This document shows positions 1-13,700 of a DNA stretch of 64,000 nt, in pieces. The notes below the pieces were generated by a model. It did not search any database. It had not been told where the DNA came from and saw only the letters and a list, made by a program, of their open reading frames with translations. The position numbers were made by a program, and so were the translations under genes. The stretch is from NCBI GenBank assembly GCA_964016885.1, contig OZ024747.1, positions 43,586,001 through 43,650,000 on the forward strand. Direction: 5' to 3'. This stretch comes from Eledone cirrhosa. Taxonomy: Eukaryota. Position 1 is the first letter of the stretch. Each line of letters begins with the position of its first letter.

Positions 1-3000
1 GTGTAATGTAGTGTAATGTAGTGTAGTGTAGTGTAATGTAGTGTAGTGTAATGTAGTGTAATGTAGTGTAGTGTAATGCAGTGTAATGTAGTGTAATGTA
101 ATGTAGTGTAATGTAGTGTAAGATAGTGTAGTGTAATGTAATGTAACGTAATGTAGTGTAATGTAATGTAGTGTAGTGTAATGTAGTGTAGTGTAGTGTA
201 GTGTAGTGTAGTGTAATGTAATGTAATGTAGTGTAGTTTAATGTAATGTAGTGTAATGTAGTGTAATGTAGTGTAATGTAATGTAGTGTAGTGTAATGTA
301 GTGTAACGTAGTGTAACGTAGTGTAACGTAGTGTAACGTAGTGTTGTGTAATGTAATGTAGTGTAGTGTAATGTAGAGTAATTTAGTGTAATATAGTGTA
401 ATTTTGTGTCGTGTAGTGTAATGCAGTGTAGTGTAGTGTAGTGTAATGTAGTGAAATGTAATGCAATGTAGTGTAATGTAGTGTAATATATTGTAGTGTA
501 ATGTAGTGTAATGTAGTGTAATGTAGTGTAGTGTAGTGTAATGTAGTGTAGTGTAACATAGTGTAATGTAGTGTAATGTAGTATAATGTAGTGTAATGTA
601 GTGTCGTGTAATGTAGTGTAATGTAGTGTAGTGTAATGTACTGTAATGTATTGTAATGTAGTGCAGTGTAATGTAGTGTAATGTAGTGTAGTGTAATGTA
701 GTGTAATGTAGTGTAGTTTTGTGTAGTGAAATGTAGTGTAGTGTAATGTAGTGTAATGTAGTGTAGTTTTGTGTAGTGTAGTGTTATGTAGTTTAATGTA
801 GTGTAATGTAGTGTAATGTAGTGTAGTGTATTGTAATGTAGTTTAGTGTAGTGTCGTATAGTGTAGTGTAATGTAGAGTAATATAGTGTAGTGTAATGTA
901 GTGTAATGTAGTGTAATGTAGTGTAGTGTAATTTAGTGTAGTTTAATGTAGTGTAATGTAATGTATTGTAATGTAGTGTAATGTAGTGTAGTTTTGTGTA
1001 ATGTAGTGTAATGTAGCGCAGTGTCGTGTAATGTAGTGTAGTGTAATTTAGTGTAATGTAGTGTAATATAGTGTAGTTTTGTGTAGTGTAATCTAGTGTA
1101 GTGTAATGTAGTGTAATGTAGTGTAGTGTAATGTAGTGTAATGTATTGTAGTGTAATGTGGTGTAGTGTAATTTAGTGTAATGTAGTGTAGTGTAGTGTA
1201 GTGTAGTGTAGTGTAGTGTAGTGTAGTGTAGTGTAATTACAGTAATTAATATAGTGTAGTGTAATGTAGTGTAATGTAGTGTAGTGTAGTGCAGTGTAGT
1301 GTAGTGTAGTGTAGTGTAGTGTAGTGTATATAAAGTAATGTAGTGTAATGTAGTATAATGTAGTGTAATGTAGTGTAATGTAATGTAGTGCAGTATAATG
1401 TAGTGTAGTTTTGTGTAGTGTAATGTAGTGTAATGTAGTGTAATGTAGTGCAGTGTAATGTAGTGTTATGTAGTGTAATGCAGTGTAATGTAGTGTAATG
1501 TAGTGTAGTGTAATGTAGTGTAATGTTATATAATGTAGTGTAAAGTAGTATAGGGAAATGTAGTGTAATGTAAAGCAGTGTAGTGTAGTGTAAATCATTG
1601 TAGTGTAGTCTAGTGCAAATCAGTGTAGTGTAGTGTAGTATAATGTAGTGTATAGTAGCATAATGTAGTGTTGTATAGTGTAGTACAGGATAGCATAGTG
1701 TAGTGCAACACTGTTACTAAATAAGATGTAGTCCAAATTAGACAGGAGTTGTCTTCCATCATATCACTCTCTCTATATATATGTAGCACTACCATAGCAT
1801 GGTTCATGATAGCAGAGTAGTGTAATGTAGTGTAATGTAATGTAGTCTAATGTAGTGTAATGTAGTGTAGTGTAATGTAGTGTAATGTTTGTGTAGTTTA
1901 ATGTAGTGTAGTGTAATGTAGTGTAATGTAGTGTAATGTAGTGTAGTGTAATGTAGTGTAGTGTAGTGTAGTGTAGTGTAATGTAGTATACTGTAGTGTA
2001 ATGTAGTGAAATGTAGTGTAGTGTAGTGTAGTGAAATATAGTGTATGGTAATGTAGTGTAATGTAGTGTAATGTAGTGGAAATTAGTGTAATGTGTAATG
2101 TAATGTAGTGTAGTGTAGTGTAATGTAGTGTAATGTAGTGTAATGTAGTGTAATGTAGTGTAATGTAATGTAGTGTAGTGTAATGTAGTGTAATGTAGTG
2201 TAATGTAGTGTAGTGTAGTGAAATATAGTGTATGGTAATGTAGTGCAATGTAGTGGAAATTAGTGTAATGTGTAAGTAATGTAGTGTAGTGTAATGTAGT
2301 GTAATGTAGTGTAATGTAGTGTAATGTAGTGTAATGTAGTGTAGTGTAATGTAGTGTAATGTAGTGTAATGTAGTGTAATGTAGTGTAGTGTAATGTAGT
2401 GTAGTGTAATGTAGTGTAATGAAGTGTAATGTAGTGTAATGTAATATAGTGTAATGTAATGTAGTGTAATGTAGTGTAATGTATTGTAGTGCAATGTAGT
2501 TTAAGTAGTGTAATTTAGTGTAGCGTAATTTAGTGTAATGTAGTGTAGTTTTGTCTAGTGTAATGTAGTGTTATGTAGTGTAGTTTTGTGTAGTATAATG
2601 TAGTGTAGTGTAACGTACTATAATGTAGTGTAATGTAGTTTATTGTAGTGTAGTGTAGTGTAGTGTAGTGTAGTGTAGTGTAGTGTAGTGTAGTGTAGTG
2701 TAGTGTAGTGTAATATAGAGTAATATAGTGTAGGGTAATGTAGTGTAATGTAGTGTATTGTAATGTAGTGTAATGTAGTGTAGTGTAATGTAGTGTAATG
2801 TAGTCTAATGTAGTTTAGTTTTCTGTAGTGTAGTGTAATGTAGTGTAGTGAAATGTAGTGTAATGTAGTGTAATGTAGTGTAGTTTTGTGTAACGTAGTG
2901 TAATGTAGTGTAATGTAGCATAGTGTAGTGTAATGTAGTGTAGTTTAATGTAGTGTAATGTAGTGTAATGTAGTGTAATGTAGTGTAGTGTAGTGTAATG

Positions 3001-6000
3001 TAGTGTAGTGTAATGTAGTGTAATGTAGTGTAATGTAGTGTAGTGTAATCCAGTGTAATGTAGTGTAATGTAATGTAGTGTAATGTAGTGTAAGATAGTG
3101 TAGTGTAATGTAATGTAACGTAATGTGTAATGTAGTGTAATGTTATGTAGTGTATTGTAATGTAGTGTAATGTAGTGTAATGTAGTGTAATGTAGTGTAG
3201 TGTAGTGTAATGTAGTGTAGTGTAATGTAGTGTAATGTAGTGTAATGTAGTGTAGTATATTGCAGTGTAATGCAGTGTAATGTAATGTAGTGTAATGTAG
3301 TGTAAGATAGTGTAGTGTAATGTAATGTAACGTAATGTAGTGTAATGTAGTGTAGTGTAATGTAGTGTAATGTTATGTAGTGTAATGTAGTGTAGTGTAG
3401 TGTAGTGTATTGTAGTGTAGTGTAATGTAATTTAATGCAGTGTAATGTAGTATAGTGTATTGTATATGTAATGTAGTGTAGTTTAATGTAATGTAGTGTA
3501 ATGTAGTGTAATGTAGTGTAATGTAATGTAGTGTAGTGTAACGTAGTGTAGTGTAATGCAATGTAGTGTAGTGTAATGTAGAGTAATTTAGTGTAATATA
3601 GTGTAATTTTGTGTTGTGTAGTGTAATGCAGTGTAATGTAGTGTAGTGTAGTGTAATGTAGTGAAATGTAATCCAATGTAGTGTAATGTAGTGTAATATA
3701 TTGTAGTGTAATGTAGTGTAATGTAGTGTAATGTAGTGTAGTGTAGTGTAATGTAGTGTAGTGTAACATAGTGTAATGTAGTGTAGTGTAATGTAGTGTA
3801 ATGCAGTGTAGTTTAATGTAGTTTAATGTATTGTAATGTAGTGTAATGTAGTAGAATGTAGTGTAATGTAGTTTATTGTAGTGTAATATAGTGTAATGTA
3901 GTGTCGTGTAATGTAGTGTAATGTAGTGTAGTGTAATGTACTGTAATGTATTGTAATGTAGTGTAATGTAGTAGAGTGTAGTGTAATGTAGTTTAATGTA
4001 GTGTAATGTAGTGTAATGTAGTGCAGTGTAATGTAGTGTAATGTAGTGTAGTGTAATGTAGTGTAATGTAGTGTAGTTTTGTGTAGTGAAATGTAGTGTA
4101 GTGTAATGTAGTGTAATGTAGTGTAGTTTTCTGTAGTGTAGTGTAATGTAGTATAGAGTAATGTAGTTTAGTGTAGTGTAGTATAGTGTAGTGTAATGTA
4201 GAGTAATTTAGTGTAGTGTAATGTAGTGTAATGTAGTGTAATGCAGTGTAGTGTAATGTAGTGTAGTTTAATGTAGTGTAATGTAATGTAGTGTAATGTA
4301 GTGTAATGTAGTGTAGTTTTGTGTAATGTAGTGTAATGTAGCGCAGTGTCGTGTAATGTAGTGCAGTGTAATTTAGTGTAATGTAGTGTAAAATAGTGTA
4401 GTTTTGTGTAGTGTAATCTAGTGTAGTGTAATGTAGTGTAATGTAGTGTAGTGTAATGTAGTGTAATGTAGTGTAGTGTAATGTGGTGTAGTGTAATTTA
4501 GTGTAGTGTAGTGTAGTGTAGTGTAGTGTAGTGTAGTGTAGTGTAGTGTAGTGTAAAGTAAGTAATATAGTGTAGTGTAACGTAGTGTAATGTAGTGTAA
4601 TGTAGTGTAGTTTTCTGTAATGTAGTGTAGTGGAATGTAGTGTAATGTAGTGTAATGTAGTTTAGTTTTGTGTAATGTAGTGTAATGTAGTGTAATGTAG
4701 CGTAGTGTAGTGTAATGGAGTGTAGTGTAGTTTAATGTAGTGTAGTGTATTGTAGTGTAGTGTAATGTAGTGTAATGTAGTGTAGTGTAATGCAGTGTAA
4801 TGTAGTGTAATGTAATGTAGTGTAATGTAATGTAAGGTAGTGTAGTGTAGTGTAATGTAATGTAGTGTAATGTAATGTAGTGTAGTGTAATGTAGTGTAG
4901 TGTAATGTAGTGTAGTGTAATGTAGTGTAATGTAGTGTAGTGTAGTGTAATGTAGTGTAGTGTAGTGTAGTGTAGTGTAATGTAATGTAGTGTAATGTAG
5001 TGTAGTGTAATGTAGTGTAATGTAATGTAGTGTAGTATAGTATAATGTCGTGTAATGTAGTGTAATGTAATATAGTGTAACGTAGTGTAACGTAGTGTAA
5101 TGTAATATAATGTAGTGTAGTGTAATGTAGAGTAATTTAGTGTAATATAGTGTAGTTTTCTGTCGTGTAGTGTAATGCAGTGTAATGTAGTGTAGTGTAG
5201 TGTAGTGTAGTGTAATGTAGTGTAATGTAGTGTAATGTATTGTAGTGTAATGCAGTGTAATGTAGTGTAATGTAATGTAGTGTAATGTAATGTAAGGTAG
5301 TGTAGTATAGTGTAATGTAATGTAGTGTAATGTAATGTAGTGTAGTGTAATGTAGTGTAGTGTAATGTAGTGTAGTGTAATGTAGTGTAATGTAGTGTAG
5401 TGTAGTGTAATGTAGTGTAGTGTAGTGTAGAGTAATTTAGTGTAATATAGTGTAGTTTTCTGTCGTGTAGTGTAATGCAGTGTAATGTAGTGTAGTGTAG
5501 TGTAGTGTAATGTAGTGTAATGTAGTGTAATGTATTGTAGTGTAATGTAGTGTAATGCAGTGTAATGAAGTGCAATGTAGTGTAGTGTAATGTAGTGCAG
5601 CGTAATATAGTGTCATGTAATGTAGTGTAATGTAGTGTAGAGTAATGTAGCGTATGGTAATGTAATGTAATGAAGTGTAGTTTAATGTAGTGTAATGTAG
5701 TGTAAAGTAGTGTAATGTAGTGTAATCTAGTGTTAGTGTAATGTAGTGTAATGTAGTGTAGTGTAATGTAGTATAGAGTAATGTAGTGTAGTGTAACTTA
5801 GTGTAGTGTAATGTAATGTAATGTAGTGTGATGTGGTGTAGTTTTGTGTAGTGTAATGTAGTGTAGTGTAATGTAGTGTAATATAGTGTAGTGTAACATA
5901 CTGTAATGTATTGTAATGTAGTGCAGTGAAATGTAGTGTAATGTAGTGTAGTGTAATGTAGTGTAATGTAGTGTAGTTTTGTGTAGTGTAATGTAGTGTA

Positions 6001-6160
6001 ATGTAGTGTATTTTGGTGTAGTGTAGTGTAATGTAGTGTAATGTAGTGTAATGTAGTGTAGTGTAGTATAGTGTAATGTATTTTAGTGTAGTTTAGTGTA
6101 GTGTATTGTAGTGTAATGTAGAGTAATATAGTGTAGTGTAATGTAGTCTAATGTAGTGTC
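1..6160. repeat. Degenerate pentanucleotide satellite (GTGTA/ATGTA)n
   Basis: Continuous gtgta/atgta units from the window start to ~6160, with a short unique island at ~1690-1815. The HYTTL-type ORFs are artefacts. Confidence 0.97.
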
Positions 6161-6165
6161 ATCTA

Positions 6166-6853
6166 AGTAGCAATAAAGTAGCAATAATGTAGCAATAAAG
6201 TAGCAATAAAGTAGCAATAAAGTAGTAATAAAGTAGCAATAATGTACCAATAAAGTAACAATAAAGTACCAATAAAGTAGCAATAAAGTAGTAATAAAGT
6301 AGCAATAAAGTGGCAATAAAGTAGCAATAAAGTAGCAATAAAGTAGCAATAAAGTACCAATAAAGTGGCAATAAAGTAGCAATAAAGTAGCAATAAAGTA
6401 GCAATAAAGTACCAATAAAGTACCAATAAAGTACCAATAAAGTAGCAATAAAGTACCAATAAAGTACCAATAAAGTACCAATAAAGTAGCAATAAAGTAG
6501 CAATAATGTACCAATAATGTACTAATAAAGTACCAGTAAAGTTCCAATAAAGTAGCAATAAAGTACCAATAAAATAGCAATAAAGTAGCAATAAATTAGC
6601 AATAAAGTACCAATAAAATAGCAATAAAGTAGCAATAAAGTAGCAATAAAGTAGCAATAAAGTAGCAATAATGTAGCAATAAAGTAGCAATAAAGTAGCA
6701 ATAAAGTAGCAATAAAGTAGCAATAAAGTACCAATAAAGTACCAATAAAGTACCAATAAAATAGCCATTAAGAACCAATAAAGTGCCAATAAAATAGCAA
6801 TAAAGTACCAATAAAGTACCAATAAAGTACCAATAAAGTACCAATAAAGTACC
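6166..6853 (+). repeat. 11-bp minisatellite (AATAAAGTAGC/AATAAAGTACC)n, apparently expanded from a SINE core motif
   Basis: About 60 units. The unit matches the aaataaagtacc segment of neighbouring SINEs, and the last unit runs into SINE-like 3' sequence (ctggagtcaatataattgac...cccttccc). Confidence 0.9.
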
Positions 6854-7675
6854 ACTGGAGTCAATATAATTGACATTCCCCCTTCCCACAATCTCACAAA
6901 TTTGTAGCCCTTAAATATATATTGAAAACCATCGTTAAATTGAAAGTTAGGGTGATGGATTGACAGTATCACAATAGCATCGGACAACATACTTTCATGC
7001 ATAGAATTATGTCCCTTTACATTCTGAGTTCAAATCCGGTCGATAAACTAATGTACCAGTAATGCACTGATGTTGAGTTATTTGACTTTCCCTTTCCCAA
7101 AAAATTGTTGGCCTTGTACCTGAATTTGAAACCATTATTAAGTCAACTTTGCCTTTCATCCTTACGGAGTCGATAAAATAAAGTACCAGTAATGTACTGG
7201 GATAGTTGCTGGCCTTGTGCCTAAAGTAGAAACAATTATTAATTGAAAGTAGAGCGGTGGATTGGCAGTACCGGTAGAGGGTCAGACACTATGCTTTGCA
7301 GCAAAGAGTTACGGCCCTTTAAGGCCTGAGTTCAAATCCCGCCGAGGTTAACTTTGCCTTTCATCTTTAAGGGGTCGATAAAATAAAGTACCAGTAATAC
7401 ACTGCGATAATTGCTGGCCTTGTGCCTTATGTAGAAATAATTATTAATTGAAAGTAGAGCAGTGGATTGGCAGTATGAGTAGAGTATTGGACACCATGCT
7501 TTATGGTAAAGAGTTCCGAGGTCAAATCCCACTGAGGTAAACATTGTCTTTCATCCTTATAGGATCATAGGATCAATAAAATAAAGTACCAGTAATGCAC
7601 TGGGGTTGATTTAGTTGACTTTCCTTTCCCCACAAAATTGTTGGCCTCGTGCCTAAACTTGAAACCATTATTAAG
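6854..7675 (+). mobile_element. Tandem cluster of tRNA-derived SINEs (family A)
   Basis: Repeated A-box TGGCAGTAccGG, B-box GAGTTCAAATCC and core gttaactttgcctttcatcct..ggggtcgataaaataaagtaccagt, ending ggccttgtgcctaaa-gaaac-attatt. The core resembles the Meta/MESC domain (assignment from memory). Confidence 0.85.
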
Positions 7676-7795
7676 TTGGAAGTTAGTTGTTTTGTTAAAC
7701 CTCTCAAAATCATTGATTATTTTGATAATTAAAACACAAAACAATATTCTTATTAGAAATATGAGAAAAAGAGTTATATTGTGTAACAATACATC

Positions 7796-10700
7796 CTGTT
7801 TTATTGGTGTCCCTGTTGTGGCATTACCTCAAGTCTGCTGTATTGGTGTCTCTGTTGTGGCATTACCTCAAGTCTCCTGTATTGGTGTCTCTGTTGTGAC
7901 ATTACCTCAAGTCTGCTGTATTGGTGTCTCTGTTGTGGCATTACCTCAAGTCTCCTGTATTGGTGTCTCTGTTGTGACATTACCTCAAGTCTGCTGTATT
8001 GGTGTCTCTGTTGTGACATTACCTCAAGTCTGCTGTATTGGTGTCTCTGTTGTGACATTACCTCAAGTCTGCTGTATTGGTGTCTCTGTTGTGGCATTAC
8101 CTCAAGTCTGCTGTATTGGTGTCTCTGTTGTGGCATTACCTCAAGTCTGCTGTATTGGTGTCTCTGTTGTGACATTACCTCAAGTCTGCTGTATTGGTGT
8201 CTCTGTTGTGGCATTACCTCAAGTCTGCTGTATTGGTGTCTCTGTTGTGGCATTACCTCAAGTCTGCTGTATTGGTGTCTCTGTTGTGACATTAACTCAA
8301 GTCTGCTGTATTGCTGTCTCTGTTGTGACATTACCTCAAGTCTGCTGTATTGGTGTCTCTGTTGTGACATTACCTCAAGTCTGTTTTATTGGTGTCTCTG
8401 TTGTGGCATTACCTCAAGTCTGCTGTATTGGTGTCTCTGTTGTGACATTACCTCAAGTCTGCAGTATTGGTGTCTCTGTTGTGGCATTACCTCAAGTCTG
8501 CTGTATTGGTCTCTCTGTTGTGGCATTACCTCAAGTCTGCTGTATTGGAGTCTCTGTTGTGGCATTACCTCAAGTCTGCTGTATTGGTGTCTCTGTTGTG
8601 ACATTACCTCAAGTCTGCTGTATTGGTGTCTCTGTTGTGACATTACCTCAAGTCTGCTGTATTGGTGTCTCTGTTGTGGCATTACCTCAAGTCTGCTGTA
8701 TTGGTCTCTCTGTTGTGGCATTACCTCAAGTCTGCTGTATTGGTGTCTCTGTTGTGACATTACCTCAAGTCTGCTGTATTGGTGTCTCTGTTGTGACATT
8801 ACCTCAAGTCTGCTGTATTGGTGTCTCTGTTGTGACATTACCTCAAGTCTGCTGTATTGGTGTCTCTGTTGTGACATTACCTCAAGTCTGCTGTATTGGT
8901 CTCTCTGTTGTGACATTACCTCAAGTCTGCTGTATTGGTGTCTCTGTTGTGACATTACCTCAAGTCTGCTGTATTAGTGTCTCTGTTGTGACATTACCTC
9001 AAGTCTGCTGTATTGGTGTCTCTGTTGTGACATTACCTCAAGTCTGCTGTATTGGTGTCTCTGTTGTGACATTACCTCAAGTCTGCTGTATTGGTGTCTC
9101 TGTTGTGACATTACCTCAAGTCTGCTGTATTGGTGTCTCTGTTGTGACATTACCTCAAGTCTGCTGTATTGGTGTCTCTGTTGTGACATTACCTCAAGTC
9201 TGCTGTATTGGTGTCTCTGTTGTGACATTACCTCAAGTCTGCTGTATTGGTGTCTCTGTTGTGACATTACCTCAAGTCTGCTGTATTGGTGTCTCTGTTG
9301 TGGCATTACCTCAAGTCTGCTGTATTGGTCTCTCTGTTGTGGCATTACCTCAAGTCTGCTGTATTGGTGTCTCTGTTGTGACATTAACTCAAGTCTGCTG
9401 TATTGCTGTCTCTGTTGTGACATTACCTCAAGTCTGCTGTATTGGTGTCTCTGTTGTGACATTACCTCAAGTCTGTTTTATTGGTGTCTCTGTTGTGGCA
9501 TTACCTCAAGTCTGCTGTATTAGTGTCTCTGTTGTGACATTACCTCAAGTCTGCTGTATTGGTGTCTCTGTTGTGACATTACCTCAAGTCTGCTGTATTG
9601 GTGTCTCTGTTGTGACATTACCTCAAGTCTGCTGTATTGGTGTCTCTGTTGTGACATTACCTCAAGTCTGCTGTATTGGTGTCTCTGTTGTGACATTACC
9701 TCAAGTCTGCTGTATTGGTGTCTCTGTTGTGGTATTACCTCAAGTCTGCTGTATTGGTGTCTCTGTTGTGACATTACCTCAAGTCTGCTGTATTGGTCTC
9801 TCTGTTGTGACATTACCTCAAGTCTCCTGTATTGGTGTCTCTGTTGTGACATTACCTCAAGTCTGCTGTATTGGTGTCTCTGTTGTGACATTACCTCAAG
9901 TCTGCTGTATTGGTGTCTCTGTTGTGACATTACCTCAAGTCTGCTGTATTGGTGTCTCTGTTGTGACATTACCTCAAGTCTGCTGTATTGGTGTCTCTGT
10001 TGTGACATTACCTCAAGTCTGCTGTATTGGTGTCTCTGTTGTGACATTACCTCAAGTCTGCTGTATTGGTGTCTCTGTTGTGACATTACCTCAAGTCTGC
10101 TGTATTGGTGTCTCTGTTGTGACATTACCTCAAGTCTGCTGTATTGGTGTCTCTGTTGTGACATTACCTCAAGTCTGCTGTATTGGTGTCTCTGTTGTGA
10201 CATTACCTCAAGTCTGCTGTATTGGTGTCTCTGTTGTGACATTACCTCAAGTCTGCTGTATTGGTGTCTCTGTTGTGACATTACCTCAAGTCTGCTGTAT
10301 TGGTGTCTCTGTTGTGGCATTACCTCAAGTCTGCTGTATTGGTCTCTCTGTTGTGGCATTACCTCAAGTCTGCTGTATTGGTGTCTCTGTTGTGACATTA
10401 ACTCAAGTCTGCTGTATTGCTGTCTCTGTTGTGGCATTACCTCAAGTCTGCTGTATTGGTGTCTCTGTTGTGACATTACCTCAAGTCTGTTTTATTGGTG
10501 TCTCTGTTGTGGCATTACCTCAAGTCTGCTGTATTGGTGTCTCTGTTGTGACATTACCTCAAGTCTGCTGTATTGGTGTCTCTGTTGTGGCATTACCTCA
10601 AGTCTCCTGTATTGGTGTCTCTGTTGTGACATTACCTCAAGTCTGCTGTATTGGTGTCTCTGTTGTGGCATTACCTCAAGTCTCCTGTATTGGTGTCTCT

Positions 10701-13700
10701 GTTGTGACATTACCTCAAGTCTGCTGTATTGGTGTCTCTGTTGTGACATTACCTCAAGTCTGCTGTATTGGTGTCTCTGTTGTGACATTACCTCAAGTCT
10801 GCTGTATTGGTGTCTCTGTTGTGGCATTACCTCAAGTCTGCTGTATTGGTGTCTCTGTTGTGGCATTACCTCAAGTCTGCTGTATTGGTGTCTCTGTTGT
10901 GACATTACCTCAAATCTGCTGTATTGGTGTCTCTGTTGTGACGTTACCTCAAGTCTGCTGTATTGGTGTCTCTGTTGTGGCATTACCTCAAGTCTGCTGT
11001 ATTGGTGTCTCTGTTGTGACATTACCTCAAGTCTGCTGTATTGGTGTCTCTGTTGTGGCATTACCTCAAGTCTGCTGTATTGGTGTCTCTGTTGTGGCAT
11101 TACCTCAAGTCTGCTGTATTGGTGTCTCTGTTGTGACATTAACTCAAGTCTGCTATATTGCTGTCTCTGTTGTGACATTACCTCAAGTCTGCTGTATTGG
11201 TGTCTCTGTTGTGACATTACCTCAAGTCTATTTTATTGGTGTCTCTGTTGTGGCATTACCTCAAGTCTGCTGTATTGGTGTCTCTGTTGTGACATTACCT
11301 CAAGTCTGCAGTATTGGTGTCTCTGTTGTGGCATTACCTCAAGTCTGCTGTATTGGTCTCTCTGTTGTGGCATTACCTCAAGTCTGCTGTATTGGAGTCT
11401 CTGTTGTGGCATTACCTCAAGTCTGCTGTATTGGTGTCTCTGTTGTGACATTACCTCAAGTCTGCTGTATTGGTGTCTCTGTTGTGACATTACCTCAAGT
11501 CTGCTGTATTGGTGTCTCTGTTGTGGCATTACCTCAAGTCTGCTGTATTGGTCTCTCTGTTGTGGCATTACCTCAAGTCTGCTGTATTGGTGTCTCTGTT
11601 GTGACATTACCTCAAGTCTGCTGTATTGGTGTCTCTGTTGTGACATTACCTCAAGTCTGCTGTATTGGTGTCTCTGTTGTGACATTACCTCAAGTCTGCT
11701 GTATTGGTGTCTCTGTTGTGACATTACCTCAAGTCTGCTGTATTGGTCTCTCTGTTGTGACATTACCTCAAGTCTGCTGTATTGGTGTCTCTGTTGTGAC
11801 ATTACCTCAAGTCTGCTGTATTAGTGTCTCTGTTGTGACATTACCTCAAGTCTGCTGTATTGGTGTCTCTGTTGTGACATTACCTCAAGTCTGCTGTATT
11901 GGTGTCTCTGTTGTGACATTACCTCAAGTCTGCTGTATTGGTGTCTCTGTTGTGACATTACCTCAAGTCTGCTGTATTGGTGTCTCTGTTGTGACATTAC
12001 CTCAAGTCTGCTGTATTGGTGTCTCTGTTGTGGTATTACCTCAAGTCTGCTGTATTGGTGTCTCTGTTGTGACATTACCTCAAGTCTGTTTTATTGGTGT
12101 CTCTGTTGTGGCATTACCTCAAGTCTGCTGTATTGGTGTCTCTGTTGTGACATTACCTCAAGTCTGCTGTATTGGTGTCTCTGTTGTGACATTACCTCAA
12201 GTCTGCTGTATTGGTGTCTCTGTTGTGACATTACCTCAAGTCTGCTGTATTGGTGTCTCTGTTGTGGCATTACCTCAAGTCTGCTGTATTGGTCTCTCTG
12301 TTGTGGCATTACCTCAAGTCTGCTGTATTGGTGTCCCTGTTGTGGCATTACCTCAAGTCTGCTGTATTGGTGTCTCTGTTGTGGCATTACCTCAAGTCTG
12401 CTGTATTGGTGTCTCTGTTGTGGCATTACCTCAAGTCTGCTGTATTGGTGTCTCTGTTGTGACATTACCTCAAGTCTGCTGTATTGGTGTCTCTGTTGTG
12501 ACATTACCTCAAGTCTGCTGTATTGGTGTCTCTGTTGTGACATTACCTCAAGTCTGCTGTATTGGTGTCTCTGTTGTGACATTACCTCAAGTCTGCTGTA
12601 TTGGTGTCTCTGTTGTGACATTACCTCAAGTCTGCTGTATTGGTGTCTCTGTTGTGACATTACCTCAAGTCTGCTGTATTGGTGTCTCTGTTGTGACATT
12701 ACCTCAAGTCTGCTGTATTGGTGTCTCTGTTGTGACATTACCTCAAGTCTGCTGTATTGGTGTCTCTGTTGTGACATTACCTCAAGTCTGCTGTATTGGT
12801 GTCTCTGTTGTGACATTACCTCAAGTCTGCTGTATTGGTGTCTCTGTTGTGACATTACCTCAAGTCTGCTGTATTGGTGTCTCTGTTGTGGCATTACCTC
12901 AAGTCTGCTGTATTGGTCTCTCTGTTGTGGCATTACCTCAAGTCTGCTGTATTGGTGTCTCTGTTGTGACATTAACTCAAGTCTGCTGTATTGCTGTCTC
13001 TGTTGTGACATTACCTCAAGTCTGCTGTATTGGTGTCTCTGTTGTGACATTACCTCAAGTCTGTTTTATTGGTGTCTCTGTTGTGGCATTACCTCAAGTC
13101 TGCTGTATTGGTGTCTCTGTTGTGACATTACCTCAAGTCTGCTGTATTGGTGTCTCTGTTGTGACATTACCTCAAGTCTGCTGTATTGGTGTCTCTGTTG
13201 TGACATTACCTCAAGTCTGCTGTATTGGTGTCTCTGTTGTGGCATTACCTCAAGTCTGCTGTATTGGTGTCTCTGTTGTGACATTACCTCAAGTCTGCTG
13301 TATTGGTGTCTCTGTTGTGGCATTACCTCAAGTCTGCTGTATTGGTCTCTCTGTTGTGGCATTACCTCAAGTCTGCTGTATTGGTGTCCCTGTTGTGGCA
13401 TTACCTCAAGTCTGCTGTATTGGTGTCTCTGTTGTGGCATTACCTCAAGTCTGCTGTATTGGTGTCTCTGTTGTGGCATTACCTCAAGTCTGCTGTATTG
13501 GTGTCTCTGTTGTGACATTACCTCAAGTCTGCTGTATTGGTGTCTCTGTTGTGACATTACCTCAAGTCTGCTGTATTGGTGTCTCTGTTGTGACATTACC
13601 TCAAGTCTGCTGTATTGGTGTCTCTGTTGTGGCATTACCTCAAGTCTGCTGTATTGGTCTCTCTGTTGTGGCATTACCTCAAGTCTGCTGTATTGGTGTC

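Noticed and set aside
1-6160. Telomeric repeat or His/Tyr/Thr protein
   Set aside because: The unit is not TTAGGG and is degenerate. The ORFs are artefacts of the pentamer.
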